A stretch of 63,847 nt of DNA, the filler included. It is 11 parts of 11 records of this genome, joined end to end, with 100 filler letters (N's around TTAATTAATTAA, not from the genome) between each part and the next. Parts side by side here need not be neighbours in the genome. Positions count along the whole stretch, not along the records: positions 4,411 to 11,603 come from SRR7504441_902; positions 11,704 to 18,490 come from SRR7504441_903; positions 18,591 to 22,864 come from SRR7504441_913; positions 22,965 to 28,231 come from SRR7504441_914; 7 more parts are not named here. One strand, 5' to 3'. Within the stretch, counting starts at the first letter, position 1. Every line of letters begins with the position of its first letter. This document shows, piece by piece, positions 10,363 through 23,418 of this stretch. The notes beneath the pieces are model-generated. The model was given only the letters and a program-made list of their open reading frames with translations. It was not told the origin of the DNA and did no database searches. A program made the translations under genes and the position numbers.

Positions 10363-11603
10363 ATGTTCATCTCCAAGGGTGGATCTCCCCGCCCAAAGGG
10401 GCGCGACCAATCGCGGGGGAAGTCGCCCAGCCAGGGGCGCGATCGGACCCCGCCCAAAGGCTCCAAGGGCAAAGTCTCCACCCTCAAGGCCGGTGGCTCC
10501 AAGGCGTTTTTCAGCGGTTCAAGATCACCAGCCCGCAACCGGACCCGCGGCGTGTCAGGCGGGGACGCCGCCGCAGCCATGAAGGCCCGGATGGGCGGGG
10601 ACCGTGATGTGAGCCCCGCGTCGCAGGCCAGCCGTCCCGCCGCCTCCTCCGGCCAGACACAGCCGGCGGCACAGCAGCTAAAGAGCCAACTCAAGGTTCG
10701 CTCATCGCAGGCCAAGGCTGGGGCCTCCAAATCGTTCTTCAGCGGGTCGGCCAAACCGCCTTCCCCCAAGAACACCCCACCCCCACCTCCCGGTGGGTCC
10801 GATGCCATCGCCACGATGAAGAATCGGATCCACGCCACCACGCCAGCCGGAATGGCAAAGTCCTATCAAACCGCGTTCGAGACAGCGCCCAGCTCTGGCA
10901 GCCCGTCGACACAGCGCCCAGCTCCGGGCAGCCACTCATCCGGCGGCCAGCCCATGCCTGAGCCTGGGATGCCTCACGCGGCTCAAGCTAGAAAGCAGCA
11001 CAAGCCTCGCCGGCCTTCGCAAGACTCTGGGTTTAGCTCCGCGGCCGACAGCGCCAGGGCGGCGCCACCGGCCAGGCCAGCCACGTTCGGAGCCCCGGCC
11101 AGACCCAACCCTTTTGGAGCCCCGGCACAGCAGCCGCTCAACCCCGACATCCAGGTGGGTGCATTCATGGAGATGACGACTAGCATGGGCGCGCTGCCCT
11201 CGGCCGATCCGGGCCGCTCGGCCAACCCTGGGCCCAACCCGTTCGCATCTGACCAATCCAGGACAGGCCGGGCGAACAAGCCCGGGCGCAAACGACCACA
11301 GGCACAGTCTGATTCGGGCCCGCCCTCACTCGCCCCGTCGCCCGGGGCTGGCCCGTCGATGAGCACCCCACCGCCGCTATCCAACCAGCCAAGCATGGCT
11401 CCACCGCCCCAGACCAGCCACACGCCTGCATACAGCACGCCTCCCGCACCGTCTGTGACGCCAGGCGCGGCCACGGCCAGCCCGATGCCCGGACCATCAC
11501 CGGGCACCCGCGGCGCCAACTGGCGGCAGCAGTCAGTCGATGAGGCGGAGCAGCAAGCGGCCAAGGCCAAGGCCGATGAGGCTGCTGCGGCCAAGGCGAG
11601 GGC
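10363..11603 (+). CDS. Pro/Ser-rich low-complexity protein (3' truncated)
   Basis: Open frame to the contig end; internal repeat KAGGSKAFFSGS / KAGASKSFFSGS. Confidence 0.55.
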
Positions 11604-11703
11604 NNNNNNNNNNNNNNNNNNNNNNNNNNNNNNNNNNNNNNNNNNNNTTAATTAATTAANNNNNNNNNNNNNNNNNNNNNNNNNNNNNNNNNNNNNNNNN
11701 NNN
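11604..11703. other. Artificial contig spacer
   Basis: N-TTAATTAATTAA-N linker. Confidence 0.98.
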
Positions 11704-11874
11704 AACTTCCATTAGGTCTTGCACGTCGTGGATACATCTAGCTGTTTCCACCCTCGAGGGTTGCCGCAACATGGTGTCGCTGTCACTCTCCGGGGTGAGC
11801 CCATCTATGGTGCCGCCCGTCAGCACAATGTGCACCTCCGGACTCTCGCCCTCATCGCCGGCAGGGCTAGTCAT
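11704..11874 (-). CDS. Asparaginase-family N-terminal fragment (truncated by contig end)
   Basis: VHIVLTGGTID matches the TGGTI catalytic-Thr motif at the N-terminus of asparaginases/glutaminases. Confidence 0.5.
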
Positions 11875-11944
11875 GTCATGTACGGCAGTGCCGGGACGAC
11901 ACCGGGCAGCGCGTTTGTTGCCGTTAGGATTCCGTTATCGATCC

Positions 11945-12879
11945 ATGCAGCGGCTGGAGGAGGCGTTCCGGGCTCAGCCGCACCTGGACGGCCTGGTGTG
12001 CAGGCGGCTCACGCCCGAGCAGCTCGCCCGGCTGTCCCTGGTGTCCCGCGAGTGGCGCCTTCGGGCCGCTGAACAGCTCGCTCAGCTCATCGCCTTGCTA
12101 GGCGCCCAGCCGTCCGAGCGGAGCTTCCGGGAGTACCGCCAGCTTGCGTCGCTGGGCCGGTTCGACACGGCTGACGGCTACGGTAACAGTGTACGCGTGG
12201 AAGGCAACCTGCTGACCAAGATCAGGAGGAATCCAGACTCGAGTAACGTCTTCACGGCTGGCGGCATTCAGAACCAGCCGGGCTGGGTCCAATACAGAGT
12301 GGTGCGGACGGAGGACGAACTCTCATTCGGAGTGACGACCAGTGAGTCGCAGCCACAGGTTGCGCGTGTGAGTGGGTTTGCCAACCTCGGTTTGCGGAAC
12401 GTGTGGACATTCTCCAAGCCAGGCGCGCTGCCAGCCTGCTCCGGGTCATTCGAGCTGCAGGCAGCTGCCCTCTCTTCCAGCTGGGAGCGTTGCGGATTAC
12501 GACGCACGACCAGTGGGGGGAAGACTCGATGTCGATGCGATTGCTCAAGGTGTCTGAAGCTCGAGAGTACTCCATCCGCCAAGGTGCCGGGCCAGCAGGG
12601 CTGGCTGCTCACGACAGGGGCTACTGTAGGGGATGTGGTTAGTCTCTGGGTGTCGCCGCTAGAGCGCCGTGTGCAGTTCTATCTCAACAAGAGGCTCGTG
12701 CTCGACAGCCTGGACGCCGGCGCCCCGCTGCCCGAGGTATGCCACAGCTCGCATCGGTTGTAATGCCACGTTGGCAGGCGAGTACCTTTTTTGTATATGT
12801 GATGCTTGATGCCGAGGAAGATCAGGTAGAGCTCGAGGCGTTCGGTTACGGAGATATAACAGATATCCATGCACCTTAG
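11945..12879 (+). CDS. F-box-like + SPRY-like domain protein, 4 exons
   Basis: LTPEQLARLSLVSREWR is F-box-like. After introns 12423-12460 (GC-AG), 12584-12629 and 12737-12777 the frame reads ELSFGVT...IRQGDVVSLWV...VQFYLN...FVYVMLD (SPRY-like); TAG 12877-12879. Confidence 0.55.
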
Positions 12880-12931
12880 TCGATCCGAAAGTCATTGTAT
12901 AGTATAATTATTATTTTGTCCCCAGATTCTA

Positions 12932-14577
12932 TTACTCGGGTTGGCTAGATGCCAATGTCGTATGAAGCTCTTGCGCAGCTTTGATCCGCTTGCGCCTAGC
13001 TTGGGCCACGCCCTCCCGCCAGGTGGCCCAGGCGGCAGTATAATGCCGCCGCTTGAGGAAGTTCGCCGCCCTGAGCGCCACGGCCTTGGCCTCGAGCATA
13101 GTCATCACTTGCATGAACCAGGTCATGAATGCCGCAGTGAGCGTCTAGACGAGCTGTTTGAATGGCACCGAGAGAGCCTCTTGTCGCCAGGTATGAAAGC
13201 TGTCAGCAGTGGCCCTTGAGAGCATGCGCAGTGCGGCTCGTCTCATTTTGAGCATCTCCTCGTTTACTGCTTGCACCCAGCTAACCCATTGATGCCAGCC
13301 TCGCGCCACCTGCAAGCAGTTCAGCCGCCTGCATGTCGCATGGCACACCGCAATTTGACGGATTCGACCTACACACCGGAGAGCCGTTGCGTGAGATGCC
13401 CCGAGCTCGCGCCATCGGTACAGGGAGCTGTGCATCGCCATGTGCAGAAGCCGAAGCATCACAGTACGGACAAGCGATTTTTGAGTCATCTGTCTGCCAG
13501 CTATCTGCTGCCATGCCCGCAGCGCTAGCGCCATCGCCCGATGAAGCATCCGCATGGCCGCGTGCCGGAGCACTCTAAGGTCGAGACGGCTCGTCGCAGT
13601 CACCGCATGCCACCTGTCCGATTCATCAGCCAGGCCAAGTCAGAGCTCTACCGATGGTAAGCGCCGGCGACAGCCTGATTAATCAGCTGCAGAATTGCCC
13701 GTCTAGCTGTATCCTGCCGCTTGCGTGCTCCCCGGGCGAGCCCGACCCAGTATCGCAGTCCTGCAGCCACCCGACGCAGCACCAAGTGCATCAGAGCCTG
13801 CCTCACGTTCCCGTGCGTCCACCGGCGCTGGTCAGCCGAGTGCACCCAAAGCAGTAGACTGCCCGCCAGCCATCTGATCCGCCAGCGTTCGCCAGCCGCC
13901 CGAACCCCGCGCCTCGCCCGTCGGCCAAGTGAGGCCATTGACCTCCAGCGGCTCACAGCAGATCGAGCGTGACTGGCCGCGAGCAGCACCGCGGCAGACA
14001 GATGCACCCGGTCACTAATTAACCGACCACCCGCTTCCCGTCGCCACACGGCCAGCTGTCCCCTGAGAAGCCTGAGTGCCCGCCAGGCCACCGCTTTGGT
14101 CGCAGTGGTGCCGGCTCGGCTCAGTTCGCTGCTCACGTCCAGCATGTGTATCAGCGCTGCCGCTTCTGTAGAGAGCACCCAGTGGCTAGTGGCGGCCCCG
14201 GCCGCCACGTGCGCCCGCCGCTGGTGGGCGTGCCGCCGGATGTAGGCCAGACCGGCCCGATGCAGCGCTGCCACCCGGAGCCGCTGCCGGTCCATCTTGC
14301 TGATCCACTCGGCCACAGCCAAGTCCAGCAGGGCCCTCCGGAGCTGACGCGCCAGCAGGATGCTGTCCAGCCGCTCGGCCCCCACCAGCCGCTTGACGAA
14401 GCGCTCGGGCAGCAGCGGGCCTCGGTGCCCAGGCTCGGCCACGATCGCCCGGGCTGGCGGTGAGCGGCCGCGGTCTAGCGAGCGGTCATGCAGCGCCGTG
14501 TGCAGCTCGGCGGCCGCAGCCTTCTCCAGCCCGGTCCGGCCCGAGCGCTCGAGCAGCAGGAGCGGCCGGCGAGGCAT
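12932..14577 (-). CDS. Sfi1-like Trp-repeat (putative centrin-binding) protein, multi-exon
   Basis: Three consecutive ORFs with recurring ...A..[LF]..W[RQ] repeats joined by short GT-AG introns (e.g. about 13614-13651). Confidence 0.6.
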
Positions 14578-15046
14578 CGCTTACTGGCGGGAACCCTCCA
14601 TTCGCGCTGCAACGTTCATGAGGCCGAAATAGGATAACGTCCGGTCAGGGAGAAATGCTTCCATGAGTGATGGAATATGGAATCTTAGTCCGGTACGAAT
14701 GGACGAATGGACAGGGGGTCGAGGGGGCCTCCGAGGTATATGTATAAATGGCCTCGTTCACTGTTGTAAGCTAACTTGAGGGAATTGCTTTGGAAATCTA
14801 GCTTCAAATTGCATGCAAAATCGGCAAAATTCAGAATGTTGCAGAATACAACGCGATTCCGGCTCGGCTGGTCGCAGGGACAGCAAGCGAAAGCTGGAGT
14901 AAGACGCAAGAGACAGAGGTCACAGTCGCAGGTACAGCCGAGGCCGCCAAGGACGAGGTCGCGGAGGTATCATACTACCAGTACTTGTGTTAGACTAACA
15001 TTACTCGTGTTGAAGGAGCAAATGAGTGAGCAGTATCCGTCGTTCA

Positions 15047-16151
15047 TTAAGCCGCGCCAGCCGGCGCGCTATAATACCCCACCTTGCAGATGCGCTGCTC
15101 CCAGCGCGTCCCGACCAACTGGGTCCTGTCTATGTCGCTGACCATACCGGTCGACCGCCTGTTGGCCCCGGCTCCTTTGATAAACGCCGGTCCTGATTGG
15201 TACTCGTCACACTGGAGGCACGGGTCTTTAGCGAAGTTGCCCGCATTCGCACTGTGCACAAACTTATTCCAACAGAAACCGGTGCATAACCCAGCATCAT
15301 TGAGCACATTATCCGTCCTGCCCTCCCATCATCAGCCTGCCAGGCAGCACAAAGCACCAAACGTCCATACATGAGGCTCGGTCGGCAGGCTGGCCGGTGT
15401 CGCTGAAGTTGACTCCGGCCTGCATGAGGCACTGCTTGAGCTGCCACAGAGTGCGGGCCCAAGGCGTCTTCTGCGAGATCACCCAAGGGCTAGAGCACTT
15501 TGTGATGAGTGCGGTGATGTTGTGCCGGGTTCGCCAGAGCACCTCTAGATCCGCCGCCGAGCTGCACGCACCGCATTTGCCGCAGTGCTGCACCGTCAGC
15601 CCACTCGCCTCGATCCGGGCCTTGCCGGCCTGGCAGGCTGCGTCGGCCGCGCTGCCGTTGGCGGAGCATGCCCGGTGCATCGGCCCGGGCTGCCGTTGGC
15701 TGCTGAGCTGCCCGGTGCTCCTGTTGCGCACGCAGAGCCAGTCGGTGCTGTAGTTCCCGGCCCAGTAGTCCGGATCGAAGGGCTTCGCATTGCGGTAAGT
15801 GTTGGGGTGGCACCTCCCTGTGGGCTCGGTGCACTCGCCCCACGGCAGATGGTCGCCCTGCTCGCAGCAGCGTCGATCCAGCAGACCCAGGCCGTTGGGG
15901 ACAGTCGGCGGGCCGGTGAACGGGTGGTCGGTGGTGCGGTACGGGGCCAAGCCCAGCTCGGCCCCGTTTCGAGTGCAGGCGCACCGTTGGGTTCCGTCCT
16001 GGCTGCCGCGGACACTCCGGCTGAAAAAGCCATAGCTCCAGCGGCACTGCCGGTTGCAATTCCAGCCGTCATGCGCCCGCGCCGTCTGGTTGTCGTCGTA
16101 ACGGTCCGCGGAGGCCGTGCCCGCCAGCACGGCTGCCAGCAGCAGGCGCAT
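15047..16151 (-). CDS. Secreted cysteine-rich protein of an uncharacterised eukaryotic family
   Basis: Signal peptide MRLLLAAVLAGTASA; HCGKCGACSS, CMDVW and CLQCDEYQSGPAF...GANRRSTGMVSDIDR motifs; intron near 15310-15370. Confidence 0.6.
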
Positions 16152-16271
16152 CTTAGACCTTTTTTGCCCCTTTTTTGTTTTTTCGAGGACTCCGCGGATT
16201 CCGCGGAGGGCTTGCGGATTCCGCGTCCCTCTCTGGCGAGCCGGCGGGCTGATCCACCCGGCTGAGGGCTG

Positions 16272-18490
16272 ATGCGGGTCATGGGGTGGGCGGCGCTGCT
16301 GCTTCTGCTGGCGGGGGTCCTCCAGCGGGCGGCGGCCGACTGCATGAGCAACGCCGTTTGCGTTTGCGATACCGGAAGCTGCCCGGACTGGGACACAGCG
16401 CTCACGGTCAATTCCGACGGTGTGGAGTACACCTGCTGCCACCTGCACGGCACTCCCTGCCGAGATCAGTCCGACTGCGTGGCCGCCGCGGCCACGGCGG
16501 ACGACGAGGCTGCGGACGCCACCGCCGCCGTGGCCGCGGCGGCGTTGGGTCTGTCCGCGGTTAATGTGGCCTCTGAGATGCTCGGGAGTCAATTCGGGGG
16601 CGGGGGGCAACCGCTTCAGTCGTTGGGCGACATGGCCTCGGTGGTGAACTCGATGCAAGGTGCCTCGGCTGCTCGGGCGGGGCTGAGCCGGCATGCAGAG
16701 AACGTTATGCTCGGTGAGATGAGCTCCTCAGACGGCCTGGCCAACGTCGAGGGCTTTGCAGGCCGCCCGCCCACCCGCCGGGCGGCTGAGCCGGTGTGGC
16801 AGACAACATGCGGTACGCCTGCCTGCAGTACGACCCGCCGTGGAAAAGCATGAGTAGCCGCCGTTCGGCTGCATCTTTGGCTAAGGACTTTGATCCATAC
16901 TGGTTCCAAGGGGCAATGTGGACTACGGGTATGGTGCTGCTACTGATTGGGCTCCACGCCTCCATCAGCGGGAACTACGATCTCGGGCTGGTATGCTCGG
17001 GCGCGTGGCCCAGCTCACGTGAGGCTTTTAGGTACTCAAATTCCCTGTCCCGGAGCTTTTTGTGGCCAAGATCTTGTTCGGAGCGCTCTGTGTGACGTGC
17101 GCCATGGTGCTGGACCCGGCCATCGACGTTGAATGGGGATATCCGGCCTCGGCGTGGAGCGTGCTGTTGATCGTCGCTGTGCCGTACATAGTGCTGGTCT
17201 GGTCCGTGCTCCGACGCAAGTGTAAGATAGACGGTGCAGTGTGCTCTTTCAGGCCAATCACCGAAATCGAGATGGACGACGAAACCAGCCAGACTTCACA
17301 CTCGGAGACAGCCCCACTCAGCCCTGGACTCCGGCCTCACCGGTCGGATCTGGTTGAGGAGCCCAAGCCAGACGAGGAAAATAGAGACGACGAGGTTTAC
17401 AGGCCAGGGGTTGGCTGTTGGGGCTGCTGCGGCTGGTTCAAGGAGCCCATAGGCAGATGGCACGGCGGGCGGGCCGAGGCTGAGGCCAGTGGGCACTACG
17501 GGGCGCTGCGAGCGACAGCAGGCAAGTGGCTGGATGCGCTGGATGACCTGACGGGTGGGGCCGAGCTGCCTGAGCACATCGAGATCTTGTTAGATAGGAT
17601 TCAGATCGAGGCCGAGAAGATGGGGCGTGGGTTCTGGGTGGGGAACCAGATGGTCTGGTGCTGCGCCCGGTGCACCAAGCAGCCGGAGGAGAGGTTGTGT
17701 GACGCGGCTGAGCAGCTGGCGATGGAGATTTCAGATAATCCAGTCGATGAGTTGACAGGCCCCGATGGGGACGAGTTGCTAATGGAGCTGGAGGCATTGA
17801 TCTGCACCGCCCGGTACATGATGACGCTGCGGCGTCGGTCGATCGAGTTCCTGTCGTCCTACTCGCTCTGGTTCTGGCGGTTCTTCGGGGAATGGAGGTA
17901 CACGGAAGTGATACACCTCTGCTATGCGCTCATATTTGCCGTGTCAGTCGGGATGCTACAGCGGAATCCAAAGGTGCAGGCCCCGGTCGCATTAGGGATC
18001 AACTGTTGCATGCTGGCATTCACAGTGTATGTGCGCCCTTTCAACGAGCGGGCACGTAACGTTTTCGAGATCGTGGCAATGCTCTGTTTCAACATGGCGT
18101 TGTGGCTGGTGATGTTCCACGCTTACGGTTGGGCTACCAACGACATGGCTATCAACATGCTGATGCTGGGAAGCATGCTGTTCAAAGGCATGTACCAGTA
18201 CTTCAAAATGTTTGCCTGGCTCTGCAAGGTTTGCACAGGGAAGACTCCTGAGGCTGAGGCTGAGGCTGACGGAAGACTCGATGCACCCGAGCACGATCAA
18301 GAGAATCCATGCTCGCTCGAGCATGAGGCCAATATGGAAGCGAGCGACGATGTGGAAGCGAGCGAGAATCCATTCGCAGCGGATGAGGACGATGACGCTA
18401 ACGCCGAAACCTCTCAGTCTGGGGTAGGGATCGAGCTGGTCGACATTGAACAGCCCGGGGTAGAATCTAGCGAGCTGGATCAACCGGCTG
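16272..18490 (+). CDS. Signal-peptide, multi-pass membrane protein with TRP-like C-terminal TM region (multi-exon, 3' truncated)
   Basis: Hydrophobic signal; Cys-rich ectodomain; TM block with FLSSYS..FWRFFGEW and YVRPFNERARNVFEI motifs; acidic tail. Confidence 0.55.
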
Positions 18491-18590
18491 NNNNNNNNNN
18501 NNNNNNNNNNNNNNNNNNNNNNNNNNNNNNNNNNTTAATTAATTAANNNNNNNNNNNNNNNNNNNNNNNNNNNNNNNNNNNNNNNNNNNN
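18491..18590. other. Artificial contig spacer
   Basis: N-TTAATTAATTAA-N linker. Confidence 0.98.
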
Positions 18591-19000
18591 GGCCTGCAAC
18601 TCCACCTGCCCGCTGCCGGTCTTGGACCAGTTCGACGTCCAAGTCCAGCTTACGCCTGTAGCTGGCACCAAACACGCTTTTCATGACTTTCACCCGTATT
18701 TTCACCACCCATGCTAAACTTTGAAATACAGTCAGCACTGGACCCAAGAATGCCGTGAAGGCCAGCTTTGATACAATCAGTCCGCCCACGCTCTCAAGTA
18801 CAAAACGGGGGCACCGAGGGCGTAGGAGCTTGCATTATACTTCACGGGGCAGGAGAGCCGATTGCGGTGCACGACCACCACTTTGAGGTTTGGAGCGTCA
18901 ATAGGCAGTTCTAGCCGCCCCCCTAGACGATTGTTTGACAGAGCCAGGGCCCTGAGTTGTGAAAAGTCAGCAAATGACGGCAGGCTGCCTGCCAAGCTCT
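18591..19000 (-). pseudogene. Degenerate LRR/membrane-protein fragment
   Basis: LAGSLPSFADFSQLRALALSNNRLGGRL is a plant-type LRR, but it is bounded by stops and a frame change to a TM-like segment; I could not splice it cleanly. Confidence 0.35.
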
Positions 19001-19504
19001 GGAGGGAAAGTGCCGCTTATCGCCCAGGTGGTGGCACTTTGTTGTGGCACTGGGTCTTGGTTGTGCACTCATACTGTGGTTCTTTGCTACCAATAGCCAC
19101 AGAATTCAGGGTGCGACAGTTGTTTACGTTGGCATGCCACTAGGAGTGCTTCTTGGTGGGGCAACGAGTTGGGGTGGATGGCTATGCTGCACTAGTACAA
19201 ACAATCAGATGCACGATGGGCAAACTAGCCAATGCAAATGCAAGGAGGTGGTGCGATTTGTGCCCCGAGAAGGTGAGGAGGATACCAATGCCGTTGTCGA
19301 TGTTGTACAGTTTGCAAGAGGTGCGGCAAATGGCCGAGGCGGAGGAGGATCGCCGAATACAGATGCCTTGACCCAAGTGACCTTTATGACACGCTGACTA
19401 CGAGAAGTAGCGTGTAGCAGTGCCAGTGTCATATTGAACATGCTAATAGCTCTATAGTCGTTTTAATCAAGAAACAACTATGCATTGTATGAAGGCAGAT
19501 CAAA

Positions 19505-21498
19505 TCACAAATCGAGCCGTCCTTGCCCACCCAAGACCATGTGAGCTTGCTTCGACTTCTTCTGTGTAATGCCAAGCGCAACCATCGTCGTGGCCACATT
19601 GCCTGCTTGAGCCGACTTCTTCAGCCGCTGCTGCTCAGCTATCTTGCGCTGACGTGCCTCGATCTTACTCTTCCCAGGCCCCTTGCCGTGGAACCCATAA
19701 GATAGCTGCCTGAAGGCTTCCTTCTGGCTCAAAAGCCGACCAAATTTATCGCGATACTCCAACTTGAAATGGCTCTCCTTCCCATCCCCTAAATCAACCG
19801 GCCTGGAGTCGTTGGTGTACACGGCCTTCTCGTCCTCGTTCCGGCCGAGCACAGCCTCAACCCCGTCCTTCACCGCCCCGCGATTCCGGATCATATCTAG
19901 CGCGCCTCCGAGCCCGCGCCCAAGACACCTCTCTCTCGTGAAGTTCTCCTCCTCAGAGTCCTCGTCGTCCTCCCCCTCGTTCTTCTGGTCCTCCATCTGG
20001 GCGTCCTCGGCCGGGTCCTCCTGCTCCATCGGAATCGGCGCCTCCTGTTTCTTGGCTGGGGCGTCGAGGACTTCAATCCCCCGACAGAACTCCGCTGTGT
20101 TAGTGAGCACCAGCCCCTCATCAGTCTCCGGCTTGGGCTCCTGCCCCTCAGCTGGCTTGGCCATGTAGTCGCTCAGGTCTGTCTTGATCGGCTTGGCGAG
20201 CTTGAGATGCCTCGCTCTCGCAAGCGCCTGGTTCAGTTCTGCATCCTCCTGCTCGAGCTCGTCTAAATCGTCCTCATCGTCCAGAAGCTTCTCAGACTTG
20301 TCATATGCCTTGGACAGCGCTTTCTTATACTTGGCTGCGTTGGCCGCTAGCTTGGCCTGCACACTGAGCGCCGCATTCTTTGCAGCTACTGACGCGTCTC
20401 TTGAGCCGTGGTCTTTCGAGACTTTCCCATCAACCGGGGCCTGGTCCCACTCAATGGTCTCCTCCTTCTTGCGCATCTTCTTCTTCTTGCGCATCTTCTT
20501 CTCCGGCTTTTTGAACGCAGCCATCTCATCCACGGTGTATTGCTCTTTGATCGACTGAAACTTAACTTCAAGGCTCTCAGAGATTCGCTGTTTCATTCTA
20601 AGCGCCTGCTCATCCACCTCCCCATCGTCCTCCGGCTGAACCTCCTTCACCACCTTCCCCTCGCCTGCGTCTGTGATCACGATCTTGTTCTTATCCTCCA
20701 GCAGCGCGTCGCGGTTCCTCTCGTTATCATCGTCGTACTTCTCCAGGATCTTCCGCTTGCTCGTATTAATCGTCCCGTCCTCGTTGAACTCATTGTCGTC
20801 AAACGCCGAATAACCGCGCTCACCCGCATTGTACGCCTGCCCCGCCAGCTCAGCGCGCCACCGCCGCCGCTGCGCACCTTCCGCTTGGCGTTTCTCTTTG
20901 CGACCTGCACGTCCACCAGCCCAACGTTCTCGAGCTCGTCCGCCGCGCCCTTGAGCTCGATCTGATCGCCGGTGCCTGTCAGGATGGACTCGTCCTTCAG
21001 CGTGAGGATCGCTGACTGCCCGTCCTTGAACTCGGCGGCCGCGTGGGCCACTCGCAGCCCGCTCAGATCGCTCGCGTCGTACTCCTCCGCCTCCTGATCG
21101 GCCGCGTCGAACATATCCGCCTTCTGCTTGGCCAGCCGAGCCCGCTCGTCCACCTTCCGGCGGTTCAGTTTGACCCAATCCGCAGCACTCAGATCCTCGC
21201 CCGCCTCGCGGGCCTCCTCTGCAATCGACTTGCGCGCAGATTTCTGTTTGAGCTGCCGCTTGGTCTTGGCCTTCTCCAGCTTGGCGGCCAGGGCCTCCGA
21301 TTCTGCCGCCTCCCGCCGGGCCGCCTCCTCCGCCAGCCAGTTCTCCTTGGCCACATCCTTCTTCTGCTCGTCCAGAGGTTTGAGTCCCAGCTGCTCGCGC
21401 AGCTTGTTGGTCTCGTCCACCGAGAGCGACGCTTTGTCCCCGCCGCCGTCCTGGCCGGGCAGCGGCTCGGGCTCCTCCTCCCGGGGTCGCTTAGACAT
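19505..21498 (-). CDS. SART1: U4/U6.U5 tri-snRNP-associated protein 1 (SART1/Snu66), 2 exons
   Basis: HIND motif LSVDETNKLREQLGLKPL, ILTLKDESIL, and C-terminal YRDKFGRLLSQKEAFRQLSYGFHGKGPGKSK; intron 20877-20837 joins the two ORFs. Confidence 0.92.
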
Positions 21499-21599
21499 GC
21501 TCTACGACGGCTGTGTCCAACTGAGCTCGCCCGGTGCTCCCCGTGTGTGGGTCGCCCTTGGCTGTCGCGGTCCGTTGCTCGCCGCCACTCCCGTGCAAA

Positions 21600-22570
21600 A
21601 TGTCAGTGCTCCGGAGCACGATCGCTGCGATCCGGGCCGAGCGGGCGGAGCAGCCAGCCAGCAAGCTGCCGGCCGCCCCTCCCCGCCAGTACGCTCACAC
21701 GCTGGCCCAGCTCCGCCCGGGGCCCGACCTGAAGGGCGAGCTGCGCCGAGCCGAGCAGCAGGCCAGCCGGTGATCCGAGCCTCGGAGCCCGGGAGCCGTT
21801 GGGCAGGTTCAACGGCTACGTCAGTGGGACCGGCCCGGAGGTGTCAATTGCGGCCGAATACTGTGAGCGGCCCCGCGGCCCGGCGGCTCACTGGGCGGCC
21901 AGTGTTCGATCCGAGCCACGACTGCACCGAGCTGCTGCAGCGGGGGCAGGCCTCAAACGCGCTGGTCCGGCCCACCCCAGCCCGGTCCGACCGGTCCGGC
22001 CAGCCGCGCGACGACCTGGCGGTCCAGCACTACATCGAGGCGGTAAGGCAGCGGCGCGAGGCCGCTCAGACCAATTTGGACGCTCCCGGCACGACTAGGG
22101 ACGCCGGGCTGCTGTGCGCAGTACATCAGGTGCTGGCCCGAGCGTGCCCGGTCTTGAGCCTGTTGCTTGCTAGATTAGGGCCCGGCTGGACGACCCGGAC
22201 TCCTCTCGAGCAGTCCCCGTGCTGCCTGCCGACCCTTTCCTGCCTTCGGAACCCACACGGCACCAAGAGCCCAAGCGTGAATTGCGGCTGTCCGGCAGTT
22301 TCGATGGGCTGAACCCGAGGTGCGCGGCCGCTTAGGGCTGGGCAAGCTTGGCTGGGCAGTACTATATCGCTTCAGACCCGGCTTAGGCATCCGATTCGCG
22401 CAATACAACGGTCTGTGGTCTGGGAGCAACGCCCGGTCAGACCTGTGGCCGAGCCGAGTCCACGGCCAGACCGGGTGGGGTCGCTGGCGGCGCGGCGGCG
22501 CGAATTGCTGACGGTGGACGCTACGGGGCCGAGGCCCAAGAGCATCCTAGCAAGCAAGCCTCGCACATGA
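21600..22570 (+). CDS. Hypothetical multi-exon protein (end approximate)
   Basis: ATG 21600 divergent from SART1; GC-rich coding-like segments separated by about 40-nt GT...GCAG introns (first 21770-21807). Confidence 0.4.
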
Positions 22571-22864
22571 GGATTGCTGACTGATGCTGCCGTAGTCTGA
22601 TGCTTTGATGTCCAACAATCTACCCACAATCGAGACGTATTCGAGACGGTCTACAACTTGAGTAAACTTATGCGACATGCGTGTAATATTGTATACATTT
22701 GTTGATATATTAAAACTTGCACCAGGATCAACAACAAAAATGTCTAGTCTACAAGATCACACATCTGTCTAGCTCTTACCCCGCCGTGGCGTGCATGTCT
22801 CGATAAGTTCGAGGTTGACAATGACTTCAAATTGAAGTCTGCTGCCGCGCACTTCCACCCGTTT

Positions 22865-22964
22865 NNNNNNNNNNNNNNNNNNNNNNNNNNNNNNNNNNNN
22901 NNNNNNNNTTAATTAATTAANNNNNNNNNNNNNNNNNNNNNNNNNNNNNNNNNNNNNNNNNNNN
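22865..22964. other. Artificial contig spacer
   Basis: N-TTAATTAATTAA-N linker. Confidence 0.98.
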
Positions 22965-22984
22965 GGGGGGGGGGGGGGGGGGGG

Positions 22985-23418
22985 TGCGGGGGGGCACCGC
23001 TGAAACAAGCCCAGTAGTTCATCCGGTGGGTGAACACGCTGTAACCAAAGCAGAGGATACTGGCGGCGTGGTGGGCCAGGATCTGGAGCTTGCCGCCAGC
23101 TACCAGCTGCTCCCTCAGCTCGACGCAGCTACCCACAATTTGGGCCGCCATATACAGTAGCATGAACGCCCGGGCGGCCGGGCAGCTGGCGTTGAGCCGC
23201 TCGTCCAGGCTGCCGGACAGCTCGTGCACGCCGGAGCCAGCCGACATGAGCAGGATGGGGGTGAGCGGCACCCAGAGCAGAATGGCGGCGAAGTCCCGCC
23301 GGGCGGCCCCTTTGAGGTCGCTGGGCGAGACTGCGATGCACAAGGCGTAGCACAGCGCGACGAACGCCGTGTAACCGGCCAGATCCGTCGCGTCCCGCTT
23401 GAACGCTGGTAGCTCCAT
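22985..23418 (-). CDS. TLC (TRAM/LAG1/CLN8)-like membrane protein (3' truncated)
   Basis: Several TM helices with the ILAHH motif typical of TLC domains. Confidence 0.55.

Noticed and set aside
21128-22312. Long antisense/overlapping ORFs here and elsewhere (e.g. 1746-2630, 8282-8971, 57463-58062)
   Set aside because: Shadow frames of GC-rich real genes, with no motifs.
22965-22984. Poly-G run giving a poly-Pro ORF end
   Set aside because: At a contig edge; likely a sequencing artefact or an intronic homopolymer.
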